Shown: positions 8,463 to 17,871 of the stretch, piece after piece
Numbering within the stretch: position 1 is the stretch's first letter
Layout: every line of letters starts with the position of its first letter
Assembly (NCBI GenBank): GCA_036507695.1
Contig: DATCIR010000220.1
Coordinates: forward strand, 1-43,004
DNA from: Gammaproteobacteria bacterium
GTDB lineage: Bacteria; Pseudomonadota; Gammaproteobacteria; SZUA-152
Length of the DNA: 43,004 nt
Reading direction: 5' to 3'
Notes under the pieces: model-generated
Told to the model about the DNA's origin: nothing
The model's database searches: none
The model's input: only the letters and a program-made list of their open reading frames with translations
Translations under genes and position numbers: made by a program

Positions 8463-11267
8463 ATGCGAGTTAACAACGTTATAGTGACGGGGGTTATCGG
8501 ACTGGTGGTGCTACTAATCTGGCACGCTAATGCCAATGCTGACCGTGTTTCCGATATTCAAAACACCAAACATAATTTCTCCGCATTGCCTACGGATCCG
8601 AATTTCAATGTGCAACGGACTGTCAGGGCAACGCAGGAAGTCCAGATCTGCGTGTTTTGCCATACACCGCATGGCGCGGAAGCATCCGTCGGCCCCTTGT
8701 GGAACCGGCGGTTATCGACCGCGAATTATCAAACCTATGTGAGCGGTTCGCTGGACGCGGGACGGCCCGGGCTGGATCCTAGCAGTGCGGCGCAGGCGCT
8801 GCAGCAACCTAACGGGGTATCCAAACTTTGTTTGTCCTGCCATGACGGCACCCTGGCGATCGGCGCCGTCAATGTGTTGTGGGGACGCTTTACGGATCGC
8901 GTTGGCACGACCGCGGAGATTGCCATGCAGGGCACCGGCACCGGCGGCACGATGCCCGCGGGAGAGGGTACGCGAACCGGCTTTACCCGCAATCTCGGCA
9001 TCAACCTTACCAACGACCATCCGATATCGGTTCGTTACGATGCCACGCTGGCGACGGTCGATGGCGAAATGCGCTTACCCAGCCAGGTCGACGATATTGT
9101 CGTGCGCAGCGTTGATCCCTGGCCTACCAACCAGGGACAGCGTACCCGCACCGAATATATCCATCTGGAACCGGATCCGGGCACCACCACGGGCGGTTTG
9201 GTGCAATGCAACAGTTGTCACGATCCGCATATTCGCAGCACCGATCCCACCGAAAACATCAAGTTCCTGCGCCTGAACCGGTTCCAGAAAGTTCAGCCCC
9301 AGCAAGGCCAGTTTAGCGCGGCCAATGATATTATTTGCCTGGCCTGCCATGACAAAGCGGGCTGGGTGGGCTCGGCGCACGCCCATCCGCAGGTGGCCGA
9401 TGAAACCTACACCACGGCCGCCGCCCAAGTGCGGGAGTTCCCCACCTCGGGGGATGGCACCCAAGTGTGGGAAAGCGCCTGCCTGGCCTGTCACGACGCC
9501 CATACCGTGGAAGGCTCGCGCCGCCTGCTGCGGGAAGGCACCGATGGCGGCGTCATTACTTCTTCATCCGGTTACCGCATTAAAACCGGTACCGGCCAGG
9601 CGGCCATTGAAGAAACCTGTTATGCCTGTCATTCCGCGGACGGCGCCACCTTGGTGGGCCAGGGAACCACTACCAATTTCCAGGTGCCCGATATCAAGAC
9701 CGATTTCACCACCATGCGCATTCACATGCCGATTACTAATGCCGATCAAGCGGCGGGACAGGAACGGCATGATATTGGTTCACCCAATCCGGACGTTACC
9801 GATCCAAATGGTTTGGGAAAGGATTTTATTGAGAGTCCGGTTAATATGGGGCGCGGCAATTTAACCAACCGTCACGCGGAATGCACCGATTGCCATAACC
9901 CGCACCGGGTTACTAAAAAACGTCTGTTTAATGCGGACCCTTTTGCGCTCGACCCGGCCGGTACCCACAATCATACCCAGCCGCATAATAACCTGGCGTC
10001 GGGCGTGTTGCGCGGCACCTGGGGCGTGGAACCAGTTTATGGTTCAACAACCTTTATGAGTATACCGAACAGCTTTGACATCAAGCGCGGTAATCCGGGC
10101 ATCAACGCCAGCACGGCGGTTAACGCGGCCTATGTCACCCGCGAGTACCAAGTGTGCCTGAAATGTCATTCCAATTATGGCTACAGTGACGCGAACAATA
10201 ATTTTGGCACCAGCCCGCCGCGGCCCCAGTTGGGCTCGTTCAGCGGCGGCACCCCACCGGGAACCAATGACCTGGACAATTATACCAACCAGGCCATGGA
10301 ATATCAGTCGCCAACCGATCATCTGGGTGAAGGAACCTCCGGTTCTCCCACGGGCGCGGCGGCGGCGTACGCCACCAATAACCACCGTTCCTGGCATCCG
10401 GTGATGCGTGAAACCGGCCGCGATAGCGCCGAGCGCGGGGGCGCCAATGTGAACAATTGGCGCACGCCGTTCCAGACGCTAGGCACCCAAACCATGTATT
10501 GCACCGATTGCCATGGTTCGGATACCAATACCGCGGATGGCGTGGCGCCGCGTCCCAAGGGGAGCGGAACCAGCGAAGATGGGTTCCCCTGGGGACCGCA
10601 CGGCTCGATTAATGATTTCCTGTTGAAAGGCCAATGGAGCGGCAACCGTCTTACCAATACCGATGGTACGGGTAATCTGGGCACCGGTGGCGCGGGTTCG
10701 GAAAACCATTTGTGTTTTAAATGCCATGAATACAATCAATACGGCGACGCCGGCGGTGGCGTCACGGCGCAGAACAGCGGTTTTCGCACACCCAATGCCT
10801 GCATGGGTATGGGCGCCGGCTGTATGGGTGGCGGCGGAATGGGAATGGGCGCGATGGGCCCGAACAATAACTTGCACATTTACCATACCGCGCTGGTGCA
10901 AAACTGGCGTTGTAATTTGTGTCATGTCGCTATTCCCCATGGCTGGAAAAACAAGGCCTTCCTGGTGAACTTGAATGACGTGGGTCCCGAAGGTAATCAA
11001 CCGGCGGGCACGCAATTGCGCAATGGCGCTGCTGGCGGCGGTGGCGGCGGCATGGGTGGCGGTGGTGGCATGGGCGGTGGTGGCGCTGCGGTGGACGCGT
11101 TTACCCTCGGCCCTTATTACAATCGCGCGGCGTTAAAAGTGGTTAACTTTGCGGTGAGTGGCCAGTGGCTGCCGAATGATTGCGGTTCCGCCGGCGCGCC
11201 GGGAAATGGAGCGGTTGGCGTTGCCTGGATGTTCAATAGCAGTGAAGCGTGTAACAATTTGCCCTAA
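8463..11267 (+). CDS. Undecahaem c-type cytochrome (11 CXXCH) with two Gly/Met-rich low-complexity inserts
   Basis: AAGGTGA precedes ATG 8463 and an N-terminal TM/signal follows. The motifs are CVFCH, CLSCH, CNSCH, CLACH x2, CYACH, CTDCH x2, CLKCH, CFKCH and CNLCH. The N-terminal pattern is HNFS...CVFCHTPH...PLWNR...CLSCHDGT. Confidence 0.9.
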   Translation: MRVNNVIVTGVIGLVVLLIWHANANADRVSDIQNTKHNFSALPTDPNFNVQRTVRATQEVQICVFCHTPHGAEASVGPLWNRRLSTANYQTYVSGSLDAGRPGLDPSSAAQALQQPNGVSKLCLSCHDGTLAIGAVNVLWGRFTDRVGTTAEIAMQGTGTGGTMPAGEGTRTGFTRNLGINLTNDHPISVRYDATLATVDGEMRLPSQVDDIVVRSVDPWPTNQGQRTRTEYIHLEPDPGTTTGGLVQCNSCHDPHIRSTDPTENIKFLRLNRFQKVQPQQGQFSAANDIICLACHDKAGWVGSAHAHPQVADETYTTAAAQVREFPTSGDGTQVWESACLACHDAHTVEGSRRLLREGTDGGVITSSSGYRIKTGTGQAAIEETCYACHSADGATLVGQGTTTNFQVPDIKTDFTTMRIHMPITNADQAAGQERHDIGSPNPDVTDPNGLGKDFIESPVNMGRGNLTNRHAECTDCHNPHRVTKKRLFNADPFALDPAGTHNHTQPHNNLASGVLRGTWGVEPVYGSTTFMSIPNSFDIKRGNPGINASTAVNAAYVTREYQVCLKCHSNYGYSDANNNFGTSPPRPQLGSFSGGTPPGTNDLDNYTNQAMEYQSPTDHLGEGTSGSPTGAAAAYATNNHRSWHPVMRETGRDSAERGGANVNNWRTPFQTLGTQTMYCTDCHGSDTNTADGVAPRPKGSGTSEDGFPWGPHGSINDFLLKGQWSGNRLTNTDGTGNLGTGGAGSENHLCFKCHEYNQYGDAGGGVTAQNSGFRTPNACMGMGAGCMGGGGMGMGAMGPNNNLHIYHTALVQNWRCNLCHVAIPHGWKNKAFLVNLNDVGPEGNQPAGTQLRNGAAGGGGGGMGGGGGMGGGGAAVDAFTLGPYYNRAALKVVNFAVSGQWLPNDCGSAGAPGNGAVGVAWMFNSSEACNNLP

Positions 11268-11518
11268 GCTTTAAACGGCAGCCGTTGATCTGAAAATACC
11301 GAAAATAGCACGTCGATCCGGCAGCAACTACCGTCCGTCTGTTTAGCCCGCGGTTCTATGGTTAGAGGTTGGAACGCAGTTTTTTTAACGGCACGTGTTT
11401 ATTAATTTATAAACACTGCCGGTGAATTGCGCCGGGAACACGCTGGGTGTGCCGGCCTTTATCAAACCGGATTCCGCTTCCCGCGATGTACCGCGGGACT
11501 TTATAGAGTGGGTGTAGC

Positions 11519-13702
11519 ATGGGCTTTATTTTTTTTAACCGGCGGGCGCAGCGCTTGCTGGGATTATTTTTACTGGCCACAGTAACAAGCGCTCAGGCCG
11601 GTGTGCCCCGGTTCGCCTACGTAACCAATCCCTATGATCATACGATTTCCGGGTATTTTCTCGACGCAGAAAGCCGGATGTTCTTTAACGGTATGGTGTA
11701 TACCGGGGACAAATTTCCCGCGGCATTGATCATTCACCCAAACGGGAAATTTATTTACAGCGCCTCACGCACCGTGGATACCGCGCTCATTTATAAAATC
11801 GATCCGCGGACAGGCTGGTTAACGGAAACACCGGGTCCGCGCTTGCCTACCCGGCTGCGCTCGCCGTTCTCGTACGGATTTCACCCCTCGGGTAAATTTC
11901 TTTATGTCGCGGGACGCGGCGGCGGGGTTGCGGCGTTTACGGTTGATGAAGCAAGCGGCGCACTGGGTTATGTGCCGGGTTCCCCCTATAAAGCCGGTGA
12001 CCGCACCCGGTCTTTGACCGTACATCCGTCCGGCAAGTTTGTCTATGCGTCCAACGCCTACACCAATAATATTTCCGCCTACCGCGTTAACCAGTCGACC
12101 GGGGTTTTAACGGAGTTGCCTGATTCGCCGTTCTTCGCCGGTGAAGCCGGCCCCTTTGCCAGTACGATTGCAATGCTGCCGGATGCAACCGACAACAAAG
12201 GCGGCATTCCTTATTACACCGCGGCGCACCCGTCGGGCAAATTCGTCTATGTGGTAAACTGGATGGCCGCCAGTGTGTCGATATTCCGGGTGGATGAAAC
12301 GTCGGGGGATTTGTCCCTCATCGGCAAGCCCACAGCAACCGGAGATGCGCCCTATGCGGTGGCGGTGCACCCGTCCGGAAACTATGTGTTAGTGAGTACC
12401 TGGGGCGGGCATGACATTTATGTCTATACCGTTAATCTGCAAACCGGGGAATTGGAGCCTGTACCAGGCTCGCCCTTCGGCACCCTGGGATTTAAGCCCG
12501 TTGATATCAAGTTCAACAGCGATGGCAGCTTGGTGTTTGTGGCCAACAAAGACTCGAATAATGTGTCGATCTTTGACATGAATGTCACTACGGGTAAGTT
12601 AGCGCTGAAAGATTTCGCCATGACCCGGGCAGGCGCCCTGGATGCTGAACTGGTGACGGTGGAACAGCCGGTCACCCTGCTGCCGCATTATGCGTTTGTC
12701 CTTGATCAAGTGTCTGAATCATTAATCAGCTACCGCATCGATATTGCCACGGGTGACTTCAAGGAAGCGGCGCGCGCCAAGACGGGTAAACAGCCGGTAG
12801 CGGTGGCGCAGGATCCGCTGAACCGGTTTGTATATGTGGCCAACGCCGGTTCCAACAATGTGTCCGCGTTTGCCATTGATAGCGCTAGCGGGGCGCTAAC
12901 CGAGGTTGAGGGTTCACCGTATGCGGTGGGTGAAAATCCGCGCTCCATCGCCGTCGACGCCAATGGCTGGTACCTGTATACCTTAAACCACGGCAGCCAG
13001 GACATGTCGGTATTTTTAATTCACGTGAAAAAGGGCCAGTTGGCGGAAGCGCAAGGCTCGCCGGTGCCGATCAAAAAACAGCTGCTGAACCTGGCAACCG
13101 ACCCGACGTCGCGGTTTGTATACATTAACAGCCGCGACGGCAAATCCGTAAGCGTATATCGTTATCGGCAGGCGGTAACACCGTCGATCTTTGAAATTTC
13201 CGAGCATGGTTCGCCGTTTGTGTTTGATACGGTTCCCAATGATCTGGTGGTTGATCCCACCGGCCGGTTCGCCCTGGTGCTGCAAGGTGAAGCGCAACAA
13301 GTATCCATGTTTAACGTGCATGTGGCAACCGGCGCCCTGGAACCCATCAAGGAAAACCTGCAGCCCTACAAGATCGCTGGCAAACACGCTGTGCAAGCGG
13401 CGTTTCATCCCAGCGGCAAGTTTGCCTATGTGTTAAATGCCGGGAGCAAGGATATCGTGCAACTTAAACTGGACCGGCTTAACGGCAAGGTAAGTGAAAT
13501 CGACAAACCGGCCGCCATCCAGGGCAAGCCCTTGGCGTTCACCATTGATCCCTCCGGCCAGTATCTTTATGTGCTCAATGAAAAGGAAAAAGGTTTGGGT
13601 AAATACCGGATTGATAAAACCACGGGAAAGTTGACCAGGCTCGGTGAAGTTATGTTGCCGTATTCACCGGCGGCGCTGGTGATTTCGCGGGAATTTCAAT
13701 GA
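11519..13702 (+). CDS. Exported tandem lactonase-type (7-bladed, YVTN-like) beta-propeller protein
   Basis: A signal peptide is present. More than 12 repeats follow the pattern HPSGKF(V/L)YV.N....I..(Y/F). Confidence 0.7.
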   Translation: MGFIFFNRRAQRLLGLFLLATVTSAQAGVPRFAYVTNPYDHTISGYFLDAESRMFFNGMVYTGDKFPAALIIHPNGKFIYSASRTVDTALIYKIDPRTGWLTETPGPRLPTRLRSPFSYGFHPSGKFLYVAGRGGGVAAFTVDEASGALGYVPGSPYKAGDRTRSLTVHPSGKFVYASNAYTNNISAYRVNQSTGVLTELPDSPFFAGEAGPFASTIAMLPDATDNKGGIPYYTAAHPSGKFVYVVNWMAASVSIFRVDETSGDLSLIGKPTATGDAPYAVAVHPSGNYVLVSTWGGHDIYVYTVNLQTGELEPVPGSPFGTLGFKPVDIKFNSDGSLVFVANKDSNNVSIFDMNVTTGKLALKDFAMTRAGALDAELVTVEQPVTLLPHYAFVLDQVSESLISYRIDIATGDFKEAARAKTGKQPVAVAQDPLNRFVYVANAGSNNVSAFAIDSASGALTEVEGSPYAVGENPRSIAVDANGWYLYTLNHGSQDMSVFLIHVKKGQLAEAQGSPVPIKKQLLNLATDPTSRFVYINSRDGKSVSVYRYRQAVTPSIFEISEHGSPFVFDTVPNDLVVDPTGRFALVLQGEAQQVSMFNVHVATGALEPIKENLQPYKIAGKHAVQAAFHPSGKFAYVLNAGSKDIVQLKLDRLNGKVSEIDKPAAIQGKPLAFTIDPSGQYLYVLNEKEKGLGKYRIDKTTGKLTRLGEVMLPYSPAALVISREFQ

Positions 13703-13769
13703 GATTGATGTTCGCGAATTTGACGCTGTCAGGACGCGTGTGCGTTGCCGGTGCCTGCGTGTACTACAA

Positions 13770-14867
13770 ATGTTAAATTTTCTAAGAAAATTCGCATCCT
13801 TAAAAATCGCCCTGCTTGGAATGGCGCTGCTGGCGATTGGCGCCATGCTCAGTTATGGTAATCCGCTGGGCACGCCGGTCTGGGTGCTGGTGGCGCCGAT
13901 GGCGTTGCTGGCCGTTAACCTGGTCGCCGCCATTACCACCAATCCCCGCATCAATCAGCAGCCCGGGCTGTTGGTGTTTCATGTGGCGTTATTGTTGTTG
14001 CTGTTGCTCGCCACCGTTGGGCGGCTCACGCACCTGGATGCGCACTTGGAACTGGTGGTTGGAACCGGGTTTGAAGCCGATAAATTACTGGAAATCAACG
14101 CCGGGCCTTTGCATCCGGGCAGTTTTGACAGCGTGCACTTTGTGCAAGGACCATATACCGTTGAATACTCACCCGGCATGCAGCGCGGCTTGACGCACAG
14201 CCACGTTAAGGTAAAAACCGCTGCCGGTGCATGGGAAGGCCGCATCGTGGGTGACGACCGGCCGCTGGTCATGGACGGTTACCGGTTCTATACCACGTTC
14301 AACAAGGGGTTTACCTCGGTGCTTACATGGCTGCCGGCCGGCGGGGCGCCGGTAACGGGCAGCGTCAATATGCCTTCGTATCCGTTGTTTGAATACAAGC
14401 AGGACAACCGTTGGACTCCGCACGGCAGTAACACGGAAATCAAATTTTGGCTGCAACTGAAAACCGCGATGAATGCAGAGGCGCACTGGGTATTGGATGC
14501 CGCAAGCTCCAGCGGGGTATTGATTGTTACCTCCGGTGATAAGCGCTACGAGGTCCGGCTGGGTGAGTTCGTGGATTTGCCGCAGGGCCGGTTACGTTTT
14601 GAGGCGTTAACCATGTGGATGGGTTACCGCCTGTTTTACGACCCGACCATTCAATGGCTGTTTTTTGTGGCCATTATGGGTATCCTGGGATTGACACACT
14701 ATTTTTGGAAGAAAATAAATTTGCAGCCCTGGATGGATGAAAAACCGGATACAATCGCCGAACAAGCGGGGAAACCATTGGACGGCATTGGCAGTCCAAG
14801 CAGCGGTAAACCGTCCGGGAACAATGCTCCGGTAACCACCGCCTATCTAACAGGGGAGAAACATTGA
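13770..14867 (+). CDS. ccsB: ResB/CcsB-like System II cytochrome c biogenesis protein (short form)
   Basis: ATG 13770 gives MLNFLRKFASLKIALLGMALLAIG, a ResB-like N-terminus. TM helices flank a periplasmic domain. The gene is directly coupled to ccsA downstream. Confidence 0.6.
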   Translation: MLNFLRKFASLKIALLGMALLAIGAMLSYGNPLGTPVWVLVAPMALLAVNLVAAITTNPRINQQPGLLVFHVALLLLLLLATVGRLTHLDAHLELVVGTGFEADKLLEINAGPLHPGSFDSVHFVQGPYTVEYSPGMQRGLTHSHVKVKTAAGAWEGRIVGDDRPLVMDGYRFYTTFNKGFTSVLTWLPAGGAPVTGSVNMPSYPLFEYKQDNRWTPHGSNTEIKFWLQLKTAMNAEAHWVLDAASSSGVLIVTSGDKRYEVRLGEFVDLPQGRLRFEALTMWMGYRLFYDPTIQWLFFVAIMGILGLTHYFWKKINLQPWMDEKPDTIAEQAGKPLDGIGSPSSGKPSGNNAPVTTAYLTGEKH

Positions 14868-15709
14868 ACATGGTTGCGGAAGTGCCCTGGTTATGGTCCG
14901 GCTTAGGCGCGTATTTCGCGGCGACGCTGATTGCCATCTGGGGGGTGGCGCCGCGTTTCGCCGGCATGCCCGTTATTCAAAACCGCCGCCATGAGTATGC
15001 GGTACTCGCGTTTTTAATGCTTGGCGTGACCTTACTGGCCGTCGCCATCGCCGAACGCTGGCTGCGTATCGGTCACGGACCGTGGATCAGCCTCTTCGAA
15101 TTATTAATGAGCCAGTTATGGAGCCTGGGGCTGATTTTTGTATTATTGTATTGGCGATTGCCAGGCCTCAGGCCCAGCGCCGTTATTGTGCTGCCGGTGA
15201 TGTGGATCCTGGGCAGTTGGGTGTTGACACTCGAGCCGGCAGCCAGTCACTTTCCGCCCACGTATTACAATGCCTGGAAATGGGTGCACGTAGGCCTCGG
15301 TAAAATATTTTTGGCCTTGTTGTTGGCCGGCGTGGGGCTGGCGGGCGTATTGATCTTGCGTCACACCCGGCGGGGTCAAGCCTGGTTCCGCAACATGCCG
15401 TCGAATGTGATTGTCGACCGGCTCGCGTGGCGTTTCATGATGCTGGCCTTGGTGTTTGACAGCCTGATGCTGATTGCCGGCGCGGTGTGGGCGCAGGATG
15501 CCTGGGGCCGTTATTGGGCGTGGGATCCGCTGGAGACCTCCGCGTTTCTCACCTGGCTGTTGCTGGCGATTGGCTTGCATCTCAGGCTGAGTTACCGGGT
15601 ACCGCCTGTTGTCAGTGGCCTGATGATTATCGGGGTTTTTATGCTGGCATTCGCAACCTATTTTGGCGCCCCTTATATCAGTCCTGCCGCTCATAAAGGC
15701 GTGGTATAG
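14864..15709 (+). CDS. ccsA: CcsA/ResC-type cytochrome c assembly protein (System II haem handling)
   Basis: Polytopic membrane protein with the W-rich WWD motif WGRYWAWDPLETSAFLTWL. The start is TTG 14864 or ATG 14870. Confidence 0.8.
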   Translation: MNMVAEVPWLWSGLGAYFAATLIAIWGVAPRFAGMPVIQNRRHEYAVLAFLMLGVTLLAVAIAERWLRIGHGPWISLFELLMSQLWSLGLIFVLLYWRLPGLRPSAVIVLPVMWILGSWVLTLEPAASHFPPTYYNAWKWVHVGLGKIFLALLLAGVGLAGVLILRHTRRGQAWFRNMPSNVIVDRLAWRFMMLALVFDSLMLIAGAVWAQDAWGRYWAWDPLETSAFLTWLLLAIGLHLRLSYRVPPVVSGLMIIGVFMLAFATYFGAPYISPAAHKGVV

Positions 15710-15758
15710 CAATGCCGTGGCGGATAAACACTGGGGTATTAACAGTGGGTGAGGTTGC

Positions 15759-16481
15759 ATGGCTGATATAAGTCACAATCAAGCGGCTAAGCAAAATATC
15801 AGTTATGAGAATCTGATCTCTCTTTTCGCGGTGCTGTTTGTTTTTATGATCAGCAGCGGTTTTTTTACGCTCGCCAAACACTATCCGCCAAAACCGGCCG
15901 ATTACCAGCCGCAAAACGCCGCGCAGCGGTTGCAGGGTTATACCCGCCCGAAGTCAACCCAGGCGCGGGCGCCGGTTCCCGGGCAGCCGGCCACCCGGCA
16001 AATCAATTTACTGGAAGGCCTGTCACCACAGGACGTGGAACTGTTGCAACAACGTTTTGATCAAGCGGCGGCGCTCATCCACGCCGGACAATTTGAGTAC
16101 GCGATCATGGCGCTGGATCAAGTCATTAAAATTCAGCCCCGGTTGCCCGAAGCCTATGTGAACCTGGGTTACGCGTATTTAGGGATTAATGAGCATCAGA
16201 CCGCGGCCAATGCGTTTTCCAAAGCCATCGATTTGCGGCCGGAGCAGGTAAACGCCTACTATGGTTTGGCGGCGGCGCTGGAGGGCGTACAAGATTATGA
16301 AGGGGCGTTGGGCGCCATGCGCAGTTATATTCATTTATCACCCCCCGACGATCCGTTTATTACCAAGGCCCAGTCCGCGATCTGGGAATGGGAAGCCAAG
16401 TTAGGCCGTAATAGCCAGCCGGGGCAACAGGAAAAAGCCATGGACTTTGATAACAAGCGCTTTGTTTCGCCGCATAACTGA
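15759..16481 (+). CDS. TPR-repeat protein with N-terminal membrane anchor
   Basis: TPR-like AxxxF/Y..A pairs are present (EAYVNLGYAYLGINEHQTAANAFSKAIDLRPEQVNAYYGLAAAL). Confidence 0.6.
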   Translation: MADISHNQAAKQNISYENLISLFAVLFVFMISSGFFTLAKHYPPKPADYQPQNAAQRLQGYTRPKSTQARAPVPGQPATRQINLLEGLSPQDVELLQQRFDQAAALIHAGQFEYAIMALDQVIKIQPRLPEAYVNLGYAYLGINEHQTAANAFSKAIDLRPEQVNAYYGLAAALEGVQDYEGALGAMRSYIHLSPPDDPFITKAQSAIWEWEAKLGRNSQPGQQEKAMDFDNKRFVSPHN

Positions 16482-16539
16482 TGCAAGATTAAAACTAACG
16501 GTTATGCTGCGTATTGAAAATTAATGTACCGAAAAATTA

Positions 16540-17097
16540 ATGTCCCGAATCCAAAAACCAACGATCGTAACGTTTCTAGTAGCTTTCGGCGTGCTGATGC
16601 TGGTGTCGGGCTGTCAGCAGCCGTTGCCGCCTCTCAAGATTCAACCGGGGCAAACCGTCACCCAGGCCTTGGATGTGCAGGATGTGACGGGCAAGGGCGC
16701 CAAGCTGTCCCTGGCAACCGGCAAGCTCCTGATCCTGAATGTGTGGGCGACCTGGTGTGGTCCGTGCCGTCATGAAATGCCCAGCCTGGACCGCCTGGCG
16801 CAAAAACTGGATACCAATCACTACGTGGTGGTGGGCTTGTCCGTGGATAGTGATGATCACCTGGTCCGGGAATTTCTGATTGAGCGCAAGGTCGGTTTTT
16901 CCAATTATCTGGATCCCACGATGGCGATTGCGACCCAGGTGTTCGGGATTCGCGCTTTTCCCTCGACCCTGGTGTTCGCGCCCGATGGACGGCTGTTGGA
17001 AGTGATCGAAGGCTGGCGGGAGTGGGATAACCTGCAGATGATTAACCGGCTTACCAACTTAAATCCCCAAGCCACTCAAAGTCTGTCAGCAGGCTAA
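16540..17097 (+). CDS. TlpA/ResA-like thiol:disulfide oxidoreductase lipoprotein
   Basis: The lipobox is VSGC. The thioredoxin active site is WATWCGPC. A cis-Pro region, RAFPSTLVF, is present. Confidence 0.8.
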   Translation: MSRIQKPTIVTFLVAFGVLMLVSGCQQPLPPLKIQPGQTVTQALDVQDVTGKGAKLSLATGKLLILNVWATWCGPCRHEMPSLDRLAQKLDTNHYVVVGLSVDSDDHLVREFLIERKVGFSNYLDPTMAIATQVFGIRAFPSTLVFAPDGRLLEVIEGWREWDNLQMINRLTNLNPQATQSLSAG

Positions 17098-17250
17098 GTA
17101 ATAATCGATGTAAACGATTTTAATGACTACTTGCAAATCCTACGTACGAGAACCCCCTAAGGCGTAGAGAAATCTAAAAAAATCATGCTACACTGGTCGC
17201 TCAATGACACTTGGGCAGCCGGTGGACAAATAGCAGGCAAAGACGAAAAA

Positions 17251-17871
17251 ATGCTGGAAGTACGCGAACTTGAATGCGTGCGTGGTGATCACCGCTTGTT
17301 CAAAGACCTGAATTTTACGCTGCGGCCGGGAGAGCTGTTGTATCTGCGTGGCAAGAACGGTTCGGGAAAAACCAGCCTGTTGCGTACCATCTGTGGGTTG
17401 ACAACACCCGCCGGTGGAGAAGTACTTTGGAAAGGCGAGAATATTCGCTCCCTTCGTGATGAATTCAATCGTGGATTGACTTTCCTGGGACACTTAAACG
17501 GCATCAAGGGCGAACTCAACGCGCTTGAAAATTTGCAAGTGGCGAGCGCGCTTTCTGGGGAAAAAGTACCAGAAAACCAAATACATGATGCCTTGCAGCA
17601 AATCGGTTTGAAGGGGCGGGAAGATCTACCCACCAAGGTGCTATCGCAGGGTCAGAAACGCCGCGTGGCCCTGGCGCGCTTGCTGATCAGCAAAACCACG
17701 TTGTGGGTGCTGGACGAGCCTTTTACCGCGCTGGATGTGCATGCGGTGGAGCTGCTAAAAGGCTTGATTACCCGGCATCTCACCTCAGGGGGAATGGTGA
17801 TTCTTACCACGCATCAACACGTTGCAATCGATACTGGTGTGTTAAAAGAGATTGATTTGAGCGCGGCATGA
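17251..17871 (+). CDS. ccmA: Haem exporter ATPase CcmA
   Basis: The Walker A motif is GKNGSGKTSLLR and the ABC signature is LSQGQKRRVALA. It is the first gene of the ccm operon. I prefer ATG 17251 over the track start 17185. Confidence 0.9.
   Translation: MLEVRELECVRGDHRLFKDLNFTLRPGELLYLRGKNGSGKTSLLRTICGLTTPAGGEVLWKGENIRSLRDEFNRGLTFLGHLNGIKGELNALENLQVASALSGEKVPENQIHDALQQIGLKGREDLPTKVLSQGQKRRVALARLLISKTTLWVLDEPFTALDVHAVELLKGLITRHLTSGGMVILTTHQHVAIDTGVLKEIDLSAA

Noticed and set aside
8530-11015. Many 60-180-aa alternative-frame and antisense ORFs inside the undecahaem cytochrome gene
   Set aside because: They are typical shadow ORFs of a GC-rich gene, with Arg/Pro/Ala-rich translations. The forward frame with 11 CXXCH motifs explains the region.
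10797-11090. GGC/GGT/ATG-rich repeats considered as a possible CRISPR or other non-coding array
   Set aside because: The repeats are in frame within the cytochrome ORF and have no spacer-repeat periodicity. I saw no CRISPR-like array anywhere in the window.
8463-11267. Search for non-standard haem-binding motifs (CXXCK, CX3-4CH, CX15CH) that would justify the adjacent dedicated CcsBA
   Set aside because: By eye, all haem sites in this protein and in the three trihaem cytochromes are plain CXXCH. The only odd Cys pair is the C-x6-C inside the Gly/Met insert, which has no adjacent His. The special-lyase idea is therefore kept only as a hypothesis.
15143-15760. 205-aa antisense ORF across ccsA
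   Set aside because: It lies opposite a gene with a clear WWD motif and TM pattern, and its translation is rich in Gln/His/Pro/Arg.
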